Below, in pieces: positions 10,241 to 20,365 of a DNA stretch of 63,123 bases. This DNA comes from Acetobacteraceae bacterium (GTDB taxonomy: Bacteria; Pseudomonadota; Alphaproteobacteria; Acetobacterales; Acetobacteraceae): NCBI GenBank assembly GCA_035606775.1, contig DATNEJ010000019.1, positions 1 to 63,123 of the forward strand, written 5' to 3'. The notes under the pieces are model-generated. The model worked only from the letters and a program-made list of their open reading frames with translations, ran no database searches and was not told where the DNA came from. Position 1 is the first letter of the stretch. Every line of letters starts with the position of its first letter. The position numbers and the translations under genes are program-made.

Positions 10241-10467
10241 GCAAACGTGTCCACCTGTGCGCGGTCCCCGGCAGCAGCGCCGCAGCCGTGACCCACTTCA
10301 TGAGCCAAAGATTCGCAGGACGGGGGCGGAGACGAGTCGATCCGGCTCCGGTCTGAGATGCGCTCAGGCGGTTGGTGACACGATCGGTCTGGCCGGGCCG
10401 ACCGCCACCGCCCTTGCGCCATCCGTGGTGCTCTCAGCCCCCGGACCGACCGCCCTTGGACTGACAC
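10237..10467 (-). CDS. Possible 76-aa Arg/Ser/Pro-rich ORF translationally coupled to treZ
   Basis: SD GGGAGG 7 nt before GTG 10467; its TGA overlaps treZ ATG (ATGA); lies just downstream of an EcfG-type promoter. No recognisable domain; could be non-coding. Confidence 0.3.
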   Translation of the reverse strand: MSVQGRSVRGLRAPRMAQGRWRSARPDRSCHQPPERISDRSRIDSSPPPSCESLAHEVGHGCGAAAGDRAQVDTFA

Positions 10468-10509
10468 AACCCTGCCTCCCCCACCCGCGCGTCCCGCAAG
10501 AGAGGCTTC

Positions 10510-10534
10510 AACGCTTGGTGTCCCGGTTCGTTCC
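10510..10534 (-). promoter_or_regulatory. Sigma-EcfG-type (general stress) promoter upstream of treZ-malQ-treY
   Basis: Minus strand reads GGAAC-gaaccgggacaccaag(16)-CGTT, matching the alphaproteobacterial EcfG consensus GGAAC-N16/17-CGTT. Confidence 0.7.
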
Positions 10535-10612
10535 AGGCCTCGACACTGGTTTGCTGCGGGGAAACCGGGAACGACGCAACCAGGCCGGGGTGTGTTCGGA
10601 GGTGAGGCTTTT

Positions 10613-12808
10613 TCAGTCGAGGACAAAGTAAAGCGTCGCCAGTGGCGGCAGCGTGAGATAGAGGCACTGCGCCTCGCCGTGCCGCCTGTCAGGATGCGTA
10701 TCGGCCCCGCCGCCGTTGCCGATGTTCGATCCGCAATAGACCGCGCTGTCGGTATTCAGCAGCTCCCGCCAGTGGCCGGGACGGGGAACGCCGATCCCGT
10801 AGCCGTAGCGGGGCATTGGGGTCATGTTGCAGACCACCAGCACAGGCGGCAGCGCCTCATTGGCGAACCGGAGGAAGGCAAAGACCGAGTTCTGCGTATC
10901 GTCGCCCACCACCCACCTGAAGCCTGTGGGAAGCGAATCGCGCCGGTACAGCGCGGGATGCTGGACGTAGAGCCGGTTCAGATCGCGCACGAGGCGCTGA
11001 ACGCCCAGGTGACGTGGATTGTCGAGCGCCTGCCAGTCGACCACGGAGTCGTGGTTCCATTCGTCCCACTGCGCGATCTCGTCTCCCATGAAAATCAGCT
11101 TCTTCCCGGGATGGCCCCACATGAAGCCGAAATAGGCGCGCAGATTGGCAAAGCGCTGCCACTCATCGCCGGGCATTTTGCGGATCAGCGATCCTTTGCC
11201 GTAGACGACCTCATCATGCGAAAGAGGCAGAACGAAGTGCTCGGAGAACGCATAGAGCAGGCCGAACGTCATGTCGTTGTGGTGCCAGCGGCGATGGATC
11301 GGATCGGCTTCCATGTAGCGGAGCGTGTCGTGCATCCAGCCCATGTTCCATTTGTAGGAAAAGCCGAGCCCTCCTTCCTCGATGGGATGCGACACGCCGG
11401 GCCATGCGGTCGATTCCTCGGCAAGCGTGATGGCGCCGGGGCAACGCTCGCGGACGACAGCGTTGAAATGCCGCAGGAAGCCGATCGCTTCCAGGTTCTC
11501 CCGGCCACCATAAATATTGGGGATCCACTCTCCGGCTTTACGGCTGTAGTCGCGGTAGAGCATGGATGCCACGGCGTCGACGCGCAGACCGTCAACATGG
11601 AAATGTTCCAGCCAGTGGATGCCACTGGCGATCAGGAACCCCTGCACTTCCCGCCGTCCGAAATTGTAGATGTAGGTGTTCCAGTCCTGATGGAAGCCTT
11701 CCTTCGGATCCGCATGCTCGAACAGCGGGGTGCCGTCGAAGCGAGCCAGGCCGTGCGCGTCCGTGGGGAAATGGGCGGGCACCCAGTCGATGATCACGCC
11801 GATGCCGGCGCAATGGCACGCATCGACGAAACGGGCGAAACCGCCCGCAGGGCCGAACCGGCCTGACGGCGCGAACAAACCCAAGGGCTGATAGCCCCAT
11901 GAGCCGCCGAACGGATGTTCGGCGACGGGCATCAGTTCGACATGGGTGAAGCCCATGCCGGCCACATAGGGAACGAGGCGTTCCGCGATCCGATCCCAGT
12001 CCAGGGTCCGGCCATCCTCGGCGCGGAACCAGGACGCGGCATGCACCTCGTAGATCGCCAATGGCGCATCGGGCGCATGGCGGGCCTGCCGACCACCCAT
12101 CCAGGCGTCATCGTGCCAGGTGAACGGCAGCCTGTCCGCGACAACCGAAGCCGTTGCCGGCGGTGCTTCCGTGGCGCGTGCGAGGGGGTCGGCCTTGAAC
12201 GGCAGGCGATTGCCGTCCGGGCCGAGGATCGCGAACTTGTAGCGCGCGCCGGGCTCGACCCGCGGAACAAATAGTTCCCAGACCCCGGCGGGATGGCGCA
12301 GGCGCATGGGGTGGCGCCTTGGGTCCCAGGTGTCGAAATCGCCAACCACCGAAACTGCCCTGGCGTTCGGCGCCCACACGGCGAAGCGGATCCCGCGCGC
12401 GCCGTCGATGATCATCGGGTTGGCGCCGAGGGTGAAGGCAAGCTCGAACAGCCGGCCCTCATTGAACAGATGCAGGTCGGTTTCACTCAGCAGCAGACCG
12501 AAGGCATAGGGATCCTCGGTTTCCTGCACCGCATCGGGCCAGGTAATCCGCAGGCGGTACGGATCGCCGCTCGTCACCGTTCCATGGAACAGGCCGGCGG
12601 GTTCGCCCGGTTCCAGCCGGCCGATCGGTGACCCATCCGCACGCCGCACGGCCTCGACCTCCATGGCGCCCGGGAGGAAGGCTCGGATAATTCGGCCCGC
12701 GGCGGTGTCGCGCGGCCCGAGAACGGCAAAGGGATCGGGCAACGCGCCGTTGGCAAGCTGCCATGCGAAGGAGGAAGGAAGGCCGGGCAGAATCGCTTGT
12801 TCGTTCAT
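10613..12808 (-). CDS. glgB: 1,4-alpha-glucan branching enzyme
   Basis: [73 protein letters not shown] motifs. Confidence 0.97.
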   Translation of the reverse strand: MNEQAILPGLPSSFAWQLANGALPDPFAVLGPRDTAAGRIIRAFLPGAMEVEAVRRADGSPIGRLEPGEPAGLFHGTVTSGDPYRLRITWPDAVQETEDPYAFGLLLSETDLHLFNEGRLFELAFTLGANPMIIDGARGIRFAVWAPNARAVSVVGDFDTWDPRRHPMRLRHPAGVWELFVPRVEPGARYKFAILGPDGNRLPFKADPLARATEAPPATASVVADRLPFTWHDDAWMGGRQARHAPDAPLAIYEVHAASWFRAEDGRTLDWDRIAERLVPYVAGMGFTHVELMPVAEHPFGGSWGYQPLGLFAPSGRFGPAGGFARFVDACHCAGIGVIIDWVPAHFPTDAHGLARFDGTPLFEHADPKEGFHQDWNTYIYNFGRREVQGFLIASGIHWLEHFHVDGLRVDAVASMLYRDYSRKAGEWIPNIYGGRENLEAIGFLRHFNAVVRERCPGAITLAEESTAWPGVSHPIEEGGLGFSYKWNMGWMHDTLRYMEADPIHRRWHHNDMTFGLLYAFSEHFVLPLSHDEVVYGKGSLIRKMPGDEWQRFANLRAYFGFMWGHPGKKLIFMGDEIAQWDEWNHDSVVDWQALDNPRHLGVQRLVRDLNRLYVQHPALYRRDSLPTGFRWVVGDDTQNSVFAFLRFANEALPPVLVVCNMTPMPRYGYGIGVPRPGHWRELLNTDSAVYCGSNIGNGGGADTHPDRRHGEAQCLYLTLPPLATLYFVLD

Positions 12809-15800
12809 GCAGGCTCTGTTTCGTATGTCAGAGCTTTTGTCAGCCTCGCCAGTCCGCGCAAAGGCACATCAATCCAGGCCGGCCGGTTCGCGGCTTCATA
12901 GGCGATCTCATAGGCGGCCTTCTCAAGGACGAACAGGTCCAGGAGGCCTGCCTCGATCGCCGACCCGCCATTGGTCATTCCCTCGCGATAGCCGGCGAGG
13001 AAGCTGTCGATCGCCTGGGCGGCGAAGTCTTCCAGGAAGACGGCCACGCGGGACTCAGCCAAGTGCGGATGGCTGGACGCACTGCGGCGCCGAATGACGG
13101 CGGCGGCATAATCGAATGAACGGAGGACGCCCGCCACGTCACGCAATGGGTGATTCTTTGCGCGCCGCTGCGCGAGCGGCTTGGCGGGCTCTCCCTCGAA
13201 ATCGATGATGCTGACATCGCCACTGACCACCAGTACCTGCCCGAGGTGCAGGTCGCCATGAATCCGCGTGATGCGTGCGCCGTGTCCGGCATCCGCCAGA
13301 GTCTCCAGCCTGGCGGCCAGGCGATCTCGTCCGTCGCGGACAGAGCTTGCGTCCAGTGCCACTTCTTCCGCGAGGTCGGGCTGTGCGTCCAGTGCGGCGA
13401 TAGCGGCGTCCACCTGCTGTACTGCCTGCGTCACCCATTCCGCCACAAGCTGGTCGGTTGCCGTTTCCGGCGCGAAGGCCGAATCATCCGACGCTCGGCC
13501 AAGCACAAGATGCATCTCTGCGAGCCGCTGACCGAGCAAGGTGGCAAAATGGCGGTAATCCGCATGCTGTTCAGTGTCCACGGACGCCGCCTCCTCACTG
13601 CCCGCCAGGTCCGACAGACCCCGCATCAGCAGGTCCTGTGTCCAGGTCCAGGCATCACCCTGGTTGCGGACGAAGGCTTGCGCGATGGCAAGGGCGTGGC
13701 GTGTCCCGTCGGGCTCGACATGAACGATCTCGCCCAGCAGTGCCGGGGTGTTTGCGTAGCCCTGGTCGGTCAGGTAGCGACCCATTTCGGCTTCCGGATG
13801 AGGCCCATCGGTCACACGGCGGAACAGCTTGAACATAGCGACATCGCTGACGATCACGGAGGAGTTGGACTGTTCGACGCCGAGCCAGTTCATTTCGGCA
13901 TCGACAGGTAACGTGATTTCTTTCATGCGGGCTGTCGGCCGGAACTGAATTGTGCCCCGGCTCGTCTCAATCACGGCGCCGCGCGCCAGGCCGGCGATCG
14001 CCGCGCGGGCAAAATCCGGCAGGGCGAACGCGTCCGTCAGCAAACCGACATGCGAGCCCCGGCGGACCCTGGCCAGCGCGAGTTGGGCCGGCAGCGGACC
14101 GGACGGACGATCTTCCCAGGCGACGCCAAGCGGCAGAAGCCATCGTGCGACGGTATCGGCGGTTTCGGTCTCCACCACAGCCAGCAGCAGGTCTGGGGCA
14201 GGCAGCACGATCAGCATGCCGAGGCGCACGCTGCTCATCACCTGATCCTTCATCGCGAACCAGCGGCGCTTCGCGAGATACGGCGGCAGCACCTCACGTT
14301 CGATAAGCCCGCGGCACGCCATCAGCGCTTCGGACAGATCGCGGCGCAACACGATTGTCTGGTATTCGGGCATCGACTCAGGCGCAGGCGTATGCGAACT
14401 GGGCCACTCCGACTCCCGCGCAAGCTGGAACCAGTAAAACCCGTAGGGCGGCAGGGTCAGCAGGTAGGGAAGCTGGCCGATCGGCGGAAACAGGGAATGG
14501 CCGTCCAGCTCGATCGGCACTCGCTCGTTGAATTCCGATAGATCCAGTTCGACCGCCTGCGGCGTGCGCGACAGGTTGGCGACGCACAGAAGGCTGGTCT
14601 CGTCGTCCTCACGCAGATACGCCAGGACCTTGCGGTTTTTCGGATAGAGCAACCGATATGTGCCGCGGCCGAACACCTTGTACTGCTGCCGAATGGCGAT
14701 CGTCCGCCGCATCCACATCAGCAAGGAATGCGGGTCCACCGCCTGCGATTCGACGTTCACCGACTCGTAGGCATAAAGCGGATCGGTGACGAGCGGCAGC
14801 ACCAGGCGATAAGGATCGGCAACCCTGGAGAAGCCCCCATTCCGGTCCGGTGACCACTGCATCGGCGTGCGGACGCCGTTGCGATCGCCGAGGTGGATGT
14901 TGTCGCCCATGCCGATCTCATCGCCGTAGTAGATGACCGGCGTGCCCGGCATCGACAGCAGCAGATGGTTCATCAGCTCGATGCGCCGGCGGTCGCGCTC
15001 CAGAAGCGGCGCCAGGCGGCGCCTGATCCCCAGATTCAGCCGTGCCCGTCGGTCGGCCGCATAGGTCTCCCACAGGAAGTCGCGCTCCGACTGCGTGACC
15101 ATTTCCAGCGTGAGCTCATCATGGTTTCGCAGGAAGATCGCCCATTGGCAGGAGGCAGGGATATCCGGTGTCTGGCGCAGGATGTCGGTGATCGGGAACC
15201 GGTCCTCCCGCGCGATCGCCATGTACATCCGCGGCATCAGCGGGAAGTGGAATGCCATGTGGCATTCATCGCCATCGCCGAAATAGTCCTTGGTGTCCTC
15301 AGGCCACTGGTTCGCCTCCGCCAGCAGCATCCGGTCCGGATAGTGAAGATCGAGCTCCGACCGGATGCGCTTCAGCACGGTGTGGGTTTCGGGCAGATTC
15401 TCGTTGCTGGTGCCTTCGCGCTCCACCAGGTACGGCACCGCATCAAGGCGTAGTCCGTCGACACCAAGCTCCACCCAATAGCGGAGGACGGAGAGTATTT
15501 CCTTGATGACCCGGGGATTGTCGAAATTCAGATCCGGCTGGTGAGAATAGAACCGGTGCCAGTAATAGGCCCCGGCGACCGGATCCCAGGTCCAGTTAGA
15601 TCGCTCGGTGTCCACGAAGATGACGCGCGTCCCGGCATATTTCTGGTCATTGTCGGACCAGACATAGAAATCGCGATAGGTCGAGCCCGGCTTGGCATGG
15701 CGGGCACGCTGGAACCACGGATGCTGGTCCGATGTATGATTGATCACCAATTCGGCGATCACGCGCATGCCGCGTTCATGCGCGGCGGCGATGAAGCGCT

Positions 15801-16092
15801 TGGCGTCACCGAGCGTGCCATAGTCCGGATGCACGCCTCGGTAATCAGCGATATCGTAGCCGTCATCCAGCCGAGGCGACGGATAGAATGGCAGCAGCCA
15901 TATCGTGTTCACACCGAGTTCGGCGATATAATCCAGCCGTGACGTCAGGCCGGCAAAGTCGCCGATGCCGTCATTGTTGGCATCATAAAACGACTTGATG
16001 TGCAGTTGATAGATGACCGCATCCTTGTACCAGAAGCGGTCCTGCTCGCCGGCCGCGCGCGGCGATGACGCAGAAGGCTCCGTTGCGTCCAT
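12805..16092 (-). CDS. treS: Trehalose synthase / maltokinase (TreS-Pep2/Mak) fusion
   Basis: [52 protein letters not shown] (TreS); C-terminal [26 protein letters not shown] (maltokinase). Confidence 0.95.
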   Translation of the reverse strand: MDATEPSASSPRAAGEQDRFWYKDAVIYQLHIKSFYDANNDGIGDFAGLTSRLDYIAELGVNTIWLLPFYPSPRLDDGYDIADYRGVHPDYGTLGDAKRFIAAAHERGMRVIAELVINHTSDQHPWFQRARHAKPGSTYRDFYVWSDNDQKYAGTRVIFVDTERSNWTWDPVAGAYYWHRFYSHQPDLNFDNPRVIKEILSVLRYWVELGVDGLRLDAVPYLVEREGTSNENLPETHTVLKRIRSELDLHYPDRMLLAEANQWPEDTKDYFGDGDECHMAFHFPLMPRMYMAIAREDRFPITDILRQTPDIPASCQWAIFLRNHDELTLEMVTQSERDFLWETYAADRRARLNLGIRRRLAPLLERDRRRIELMNHLLLSMPGTPVIYYGDEIGMGDNIHLGDRNGVRTPMQWSPDRNGGFSRVADPYRLVLPLVTDPLYAYESVNVESQAVDPHSLLMWMRRTIAIRQQYKVFGRGTYRLLYPKNRKVLAYLREDDETSLLCVANLSRTPQAVELDLSEFNERVPIELDGHSLFPPIGQLPYLLTLPPYGFYWFQLARESEWPSSHTPAPESMPEYQTIVLRRDLSEALMACRGLIEREVLPPYLAKRRWFAMKDQVMSSVRLGMLIVLPAPDLLLAVVETETADTVARWLLPLGVAWEDRPSGPLPAQLALARVRRGSHVGLLTDAFALPDFARAAIAGLARGAVIETSRGTIQFRPTARMKEITLPVDAEMNWLGVEQSNSSVIVSDVAMFKLFRRVTDGPHPEAEMGRYLTDQGYANTPALLGEIVHVEPDGTRHALAIAQAFVRNQGDAWTWTQDLLMRGLSDLAGSEEAASVDTEQHADYRHFATLLGQRLAEMHLVLGRASDDSAFAPETATDQLVAEWVTQAVQQVDAAIAALDAQPDLAEEVALDASSVRDGRDRLAARLETLADAGHGARITRIHGDLHLGQVLVVSGDVSIIDFEGEPAKPLAQRRAKNHPLRDVAGVLRSFDYAAAVIRRRSASSHPHLAESRVAVFLEDFAAQAIDSFLAGYREGMTNGGSAIEAGLLDLFVLEKAAYEIAYEAANRPAWIDVPLRGLARLTKALTYETEPA

Positions 16093-19000
16093 CACCCGGC
16101 GCCGGACGGTGAAAGTTGCCAGATGCCGAACGGCAGGTCGTGCGGATCAAGGCGAATATGCTGATACTTACCGTGCCAGACAAACCGCGTCCCGCACATC
16201 AGATCCGTGACGGACAGCGCCCCGTGGTCTGGCAGACCAAATTCCCACAAAGGACTTTCGATCGTCGCCTCCTGCGCGTCATGCGGATCCAAACTCACCG
16301 CAACCAGAACGATTCCCTGTGTTGCCGGAGCACGCTTCCCGTATAGCAGGATTCGCTCGTTGGATGCCTGATAGAATGTGAGGCCCAGGTGCGTCTGCAA
16401 GGCCGGATGTGCCCGCCTGATGCGATTCAGTGCGGTTATTTCCGCGACGATGTTGCCCGGCTTACCGAAGGCGCGCGGACGGATCTGATATTTCTCCGAG
16501 TCCAGGTACTCCTCCCGCCCCGGCAGCGGCGCGGCTTCACATATCTCGAATCCTGAATACATCCCCCAAGACCCCGACAAGGTCGCGGCCAGCGCAGCGC
16601 GCGTCAGAAATCCCGCTCGGCCGGAGGTCTGCAGGAAGAACGGATTTATGTCCGGTGTGTTGACGAAGAAATTGGGACGGAAGAAATCCCGGACAGGCTC
16701 GCGGGTCAGTTCGGTCAGGTACTCCGTCATCTCCTGCTTGGTATTGCGCCACGTGAAGTACGTATAGGACTGGGAGAACCCGAGCTTCGCCAGGCGGTAC
16801 ATCACCTTGGGCCGGGTGAATGCCTCCGACAGGAAAAGCACGTCCGGATGACGCGCCTGGATGTCGGCGATCATCCATCGCCAGAACGGGAAAGGTTTCG
16901 TATGCGGATTATCCACCCGAAAGATGCGGATACCCTGATCGACCCAGAATTGGATCACGTCACGCAACGCCAGCCATAACGCGGGGACGGCGGCCTCGGC
17001 GTAGAAATCCGGGTTGACGATGTCCTCGTATTTCTTCGGTGGATTCTCCGCGTACCGGAGCGAACCATCGGGTCGCCAGCGAAACCAGTCGGGATGCTGC
17101 CTGAGCCACGGATGATCCGGCGCGCACTGGATCGCAAAGTCCAATGCGATCTCGATCCCATACCGGTGAGCGGCGGCAATCACCTGACGCAGATCGTCCA
17201 CCGAGCCAAGTAACGGATTGACTGCATCATGGCCGCCCTCGGCACTGCCGATCGCCCAGGGGCTGCCGACGTCGTTCGGTTCGGCCAGCACGCGGTTGTT
17301 CCGGCCCTTCCGGTTGACGCGGCCGATCGGATGGATCGGCGGAAAGTAGATGACATCGAACCCCATCGCGCGAATACGCGGCAACTGGCCGATGACATCG
17401 CGCAGCGTGCCGTGCCTCGCTGGATCCGCGGTGACGGAGCGGGGGAACAACTCGTACCAGTTGGAGAAGACCGCTTTGGGCCGATCCGCGCGAAGCGGCA
17501 GCGGCGGGTCGTGGCGCGCGCAAAACGGCTGGTCATCCGCCGCGCGCATCACCTGAGCGGCCTCTTCCGACAGCAGCAGCGCAACCCGTGCCGGCACATC
17601 CTGCCGGCACAGCGCTTCCAGCAGGCGCGTCAGGTCCTGCCGCGTGCTAGGCTGTGCCCGCTCGGCGGCTTGCTGAATCAGGTTTCGTCCCTCCTCGGCC
17701 TCCAGCGACAAAGGCTGACCGGCCTCGTGCTTCGCATGCAGATCGTGTACGAAACTCGACCAGCGATCCCACCACGCCTCGACGGTGAACTGATAAAGGC
17801 CAATCCGGTCGGGGATGAACGCGGCTTCCCAGCGGTCGTTGTCCGTCTTCCGCATCGGACAGCGCTGCCATGCGGTTTCACCCTCCGCTCGCCAAAGCAG
17901 GCTGGCGGCGAGTTGGTCGTGACCATCCGCAACGATATCGGCGGCGATGGCGACCGCCGCGCCCACCACAGCCTTTGCAGGAAACGCCCTGTCGGGAACC
18001 GCGGGGGTCATTGCCTCGATGGCAATCCGGCCAGCGATCGTTTTTCGCCAGTCCGTTGTCGGGGGTGCCTCGCTTACGATGTCGGGAAGCCGCTTGCATG
18101 CCAGAACCCGGACTTCGCGGGGGGCCATGGGCGTCGCCATGCCGTTCTGCGCCAGGATGGGCGACGGATCGCCGAACGGCGCACCCGCCCCGGGCGGCAG
18201 GCAATCGGCGGAAAACGGCATGACGGCTGAATGCAACAGGTCCGGGTTGACGAGTGTCAGCAGACCCCGGCGCGCAAGGCTCGTGTCATCTGCATCGACG
18301 CGCAGCCAGGCCGCGACAGCGGCACCGGGCGGTGTCAAAGCGCGGATCGTGCCATTGATCCCACACGCTCCGACCTGTTCGGCCATCGCGTTCGCCGCAG
18401 CGACATCGGCCGACAGGTCCGCTATCGCCTCTGACCGCGCATATCGCAGGTCGTCGGGGTCGGCGCGGGCCGGATCGAACCGGCGGCGGCTGATGAATTC
18501 GAATCCCATAGGCAGAAACAAACCCTGGCCGAGGGATGCGGCGGCCATCAATGCCTGCCGGTACGCCGCGGCGGCATCGGTATCCGCCGACAGGGTTGCG
18601 ACCAGCCGGTCGGAGAACGAAGGTTCGGGTGCCAGCACGGGCGAGCCGATAAGGCGGGCTGCCTCCAGTTCGTCGGCCAGACGCGGCGCGTCGATGAGTC
18701 CGTGGGCGATAGAGAGGCCGGTCGCGGTAAAGCCCACGCCTTCGAGCCCGGCCAGCTCGGTTGGCTGGAGCCCGTCGATCCAGGCCAGAAACAGGCAGTC
18801 GGGGTGACTCCGGACAATTGTGCCGATCAGTGGACGCCAGACGGAATCTGGCACGCGGTGGGGCCGCAGGCAGCGGAATCCGCTCACGCCGGCGTCGAGC
18901 AGGCGGGTGAGCCAGGCGAGCCACCACAGTGCCAGATCGTCGGACACCTCGGGCGCATCGAAGCTCGCGCGGGCGGCGCGCATCGCCTTCGGATTTCGCC

Positions 19001-19358
19001 GGGGGTCCGGCAGCACGTCGCCGTCGGCGGCAACGAACCAGTCGGGATGCGCGGCGAGCAGGGGCGAGTCGACCGAGACGCGGTCCAGCACAATATCGAG
19101 GATGAGGTGCAGCCCAGCCCGCTCCGCCGACTTGGCCGCCTGCGCGATGGCCGCATCGACGCTTCCGGTCGCGCCGAGGGCGGGGTGAAGCGCTTCCAGA
19201 TCCCCCGGGAGGAACAGATCGCCGTCGCCACACGGCGCGAACGGCGGCGCCAAGCAGACATGATTGAAGCCCATCCGGGCGATACGCTCCAGGTGTGGGG
19301 ACCAGTTTTCCAGGCGACCCGCCACCAGGGGATGCAGATGATAGATGGAGGGTACCAT
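16092..19358 (-). CDS. glgE: Alpha-1,4-glucan:maltose-1-phosphate maltosyltransferase with N-terminal extra GH13-like domain
   Basis: WYELFPRS, PPIHPIG, GSPWAIG, YAENPPKKYEDI, FRVDNPHTKP, QSYTYFTWRN, NTPDINP motifs. ATG 19358 chosen because it lies downstream of the promoter motif at 19477-19502. Confidence 0.93.
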   Translation of the reverse strand: MVPSIYHLHPLVAGRLENWSPHLERIARMGFNHVCLAPPFAPCGDGDLFLPGDLEALHPALGATGSVDAAIAQAAKSAERAGLHLILDIVLDRVSVDSPLLAAHPDWFVAADGDVLPDPRRNPKAMRAARASFDAPEVSDDLALWWLAWLTRLLDAGVSGFRCLRPHRVPDSVWRPLIGTIVRSHPDCLFLAWIDGLQPTELAGLEGVGFTATGLSIAHGLIDAPRLADELEAARLIGSPVLAPEPSFSDRLVATLSADTDAAAAYRQALMAAASLGQGLFLPMGFEFISRRRFDPARADPDDLRYARSEAIADLSADVAAANAMAEQVGACGINGTIRALTPPGAAVAAWLRVDADDTSLARRGLLTLVNPDLLHSAVMPFSADCLPPGAGAPFGDPSPILAQNGMATPMAPREVRVLACKRLPDIVSEAPPTTDWRKTIAGRIAIEAMTPAVPDRAFPAKAVVGAAVAIAADIVADGHDQLAASLLWRAEGETAWQRCPMRKTDNDRWEAAFIPDRIGLYQFTVEAWWDRWSSFVHDLHAKHEAGQPLSLEAEEGRNLIQQAAERAQPSTRQDLTRLLEALCRQDVPARVALLLSEEAAQVMRAADDQPFCARHDPPLPLRADRPKAVFSNWYELFPRSVTADPARHGTLRDVIGQLPRIRAMGFDVIYFPPIHPIGRVNRKGRNNRVLAEPNDVGSPWAIGSAEGGHDAVNPLLGSVDDLRQVIAAAHRYGIEIALDFAIQCAPDHPWLRQHPDWFRWRPDGSLRYAENPPKKYEDIVNPDFYAEAAVPALWLALRDVIQFWVDQGIRIFRVDNPHTKPFPFWRWMIADIQARHPDVLFLSEAFTRPKVMYRLAKLGFSQSYTYFTWRNTKQEMTEYLTELTREPVRDFFRPNFFVNTPDINPFFLQTSGRAGFLTRAALAATLSGSWGMYSGFEICEAAPLPGREEYLDSEKYQIRPRAFGKPGNIVAEITALNRIRRAHPALQTHLGLTFYQASNERILLYGKRAPATQGIVLVAVSLDPHDAQEATIESPLWEFGLPDHGALSVTDLMCGTRFVWHGKYQHIRLDPHDLPFGIWQLSPSGAG

Positions 19359-19476
19359 CCGGGCGGTCAGGCTGCGCTGAATTGGTGAGCAGGCCGTGGC
19401 CGGAGCCGCACACGAAGAACAAGGCTCCCGATTCGCTGACGGCCCGGCGATCCCCCTGCGTCGCTCATTGGCTGAA

Positions 19477-19502
19477 AACGCTGGCCGGTGCCAGGCGGTT
19501 CC
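19477..19502 (-). promoter_or_regulatory. Sigma-EcfG-type promoter upstream of glgE-treS-glgB
   Basis: Minus strand GGAAC-cgcctggcaccggccag(17)-CGTT, about 120 bp upstream of glgE. Confidence 0.75.
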
Positions 19503-19628
19503 TTCCGGAACGGTCTTCGTCGGCGAAATGATCGGAATTGCCCGCCGGCGCGTCCACGCTGCGCTCAGGTCCACGGGCGGCGGGAGTTGGACGCCGTGCT
19601 CAGCCTGTCGGAAGGTCGGCCGCCGAGG

Positions 19629-19814
19629 TCAGGAGTGGGCGATCTCGGTCTGGTTTGCCGCGGCCCGGTGCGCCTGTACCAGTTCGGCGTCGATATGGCG
19701 AATCTCTTCGTAGATCGCGTTGGTGATCTCTCGCGGGCTCAAAGCCAGCCAGCCGTTTTCAGAATACCGCGCGCGAACCCGGGCGTAAGCCTCCTGGAAA
19801 ATGCGATCGCTCAT
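19629..19814 (-). CDS. Small hypothetical protein (61 aa)
   Basis: Amphipathic helical, protein-like composition unlike shadow ORFs; fills the glgE-mucR gap; preceded by an EcfG-type promoter. Confidence 0.7.
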   Translation of the reverse strand: MSDRIFQEAYARVRARYSENGWLALSPREITNAIYEEIRHIDAELVQAHRAAANQTEIAHS

Positions 19815-19891
19815 GAGCGGCCCCGAAAGAAAATGCGGCTGAGGGCCTCAATGGCTCTCAGCAATGTTGACGACGAACGAAATGCTAATAC

Positions 19892-19916
19892 AACGTGAAA
19901 AAAACGTCAAAGTTCC
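19892..19916 (-). promoter_or_regulatory. Sigma-EcfG-type promoter for the 61-aa gene
   Basis: Minus strand GGAAC, 16-nt spacer (19911-19896), CGTT; about 78 bp upstream of ATG 19814. Confidence 0.7.
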
Positions 19917-19939
19917 ATTCACTGGGGGACGCCACGCCT

Positions 19940-20365
19940 ATGCGACAGACGCGTGAGCAGATTCTAGCCCTGGCCGCTCAGATCGTGAGCGCTCACGTTG
20001 GCAACAATCCGACATCCGCCGAAGCATTGCCGGCACTGATCCGTCAGGTTTACGAGACATTGTCGGGGATCGAGCCGGACCGGCATATTTCGACGAAAGC
20101 CAACGGGACAGGCAGGCAGACCGTCTTTTCGGACCACTTGGTGTGCCTGGAAGATGGCCTGACAATGAAAATGCTGAAGCGCCACCTTATTACGGTGCAC
20201 GGCCTGACCCCAGACCAGTATCGGGAGAAGTGGGGGTTGCCGCCGGACTACCCGATGGTGGCCGCGGAGTACGCGAAGCTCCGGTCATCGCTGGCAAAGC
20301 AGAGCGGGCTCGGACGTCGGCTGGAGGCGAAGCCGAAACGCGGCCGGCCGGCCTTCAACCGGTAG
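19940..20365 (+). CDS. mucR: MucR/Ros family transcriptional regulator
   Basis: LAAQIVSAHVGNN..LPALIRQVY N-terminus; DHLVCLEDG..KMLKRHL...HGLTPDQYREKWGLP.DYPMVA..Y...RS.LAK..GLG zinc-finger domain. Confidence 0.92.
   Translation: MRQTREQILALAAQIVSAHVGNNPTSAEALPALIRQVYETLSGIEPDRHISTKANGTGRQTVFSDHLVCLEDGLTMKMLKRHLITVHGLTPDQYREKWGLPPDYPMVAAEYAKLRSSLAKQSGLGRRLEAKPKRGRPAFNR

Noticed and set aside
8321-10291. 656-aa plus-strand ORF (also 10592..11866, 24426..26066, 35124..37187, 52821..54542, 56823..58409, 60561..62174 and similar)
   Set aside because: Antisense or off-frame shadows of well-supported genes, expected in high-GC DNA; no motifs.
10241-10612. RNase P RNA or glgX pseudogene in the glgB-treZ gap
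   Set aside because: No GAGGAAAGUCC signature and no recognisable GlgX peptide in the frames read.
19359-19574. N-terminal extension of GlgE in the ORF track (likewise for the TPP enzyme, CoxL 24642..27146, formyltransferase, thiolase)
   Set aside because: Extensions lack protein-like character and run over promoters or neighbouring genes; downstream starts fit better.
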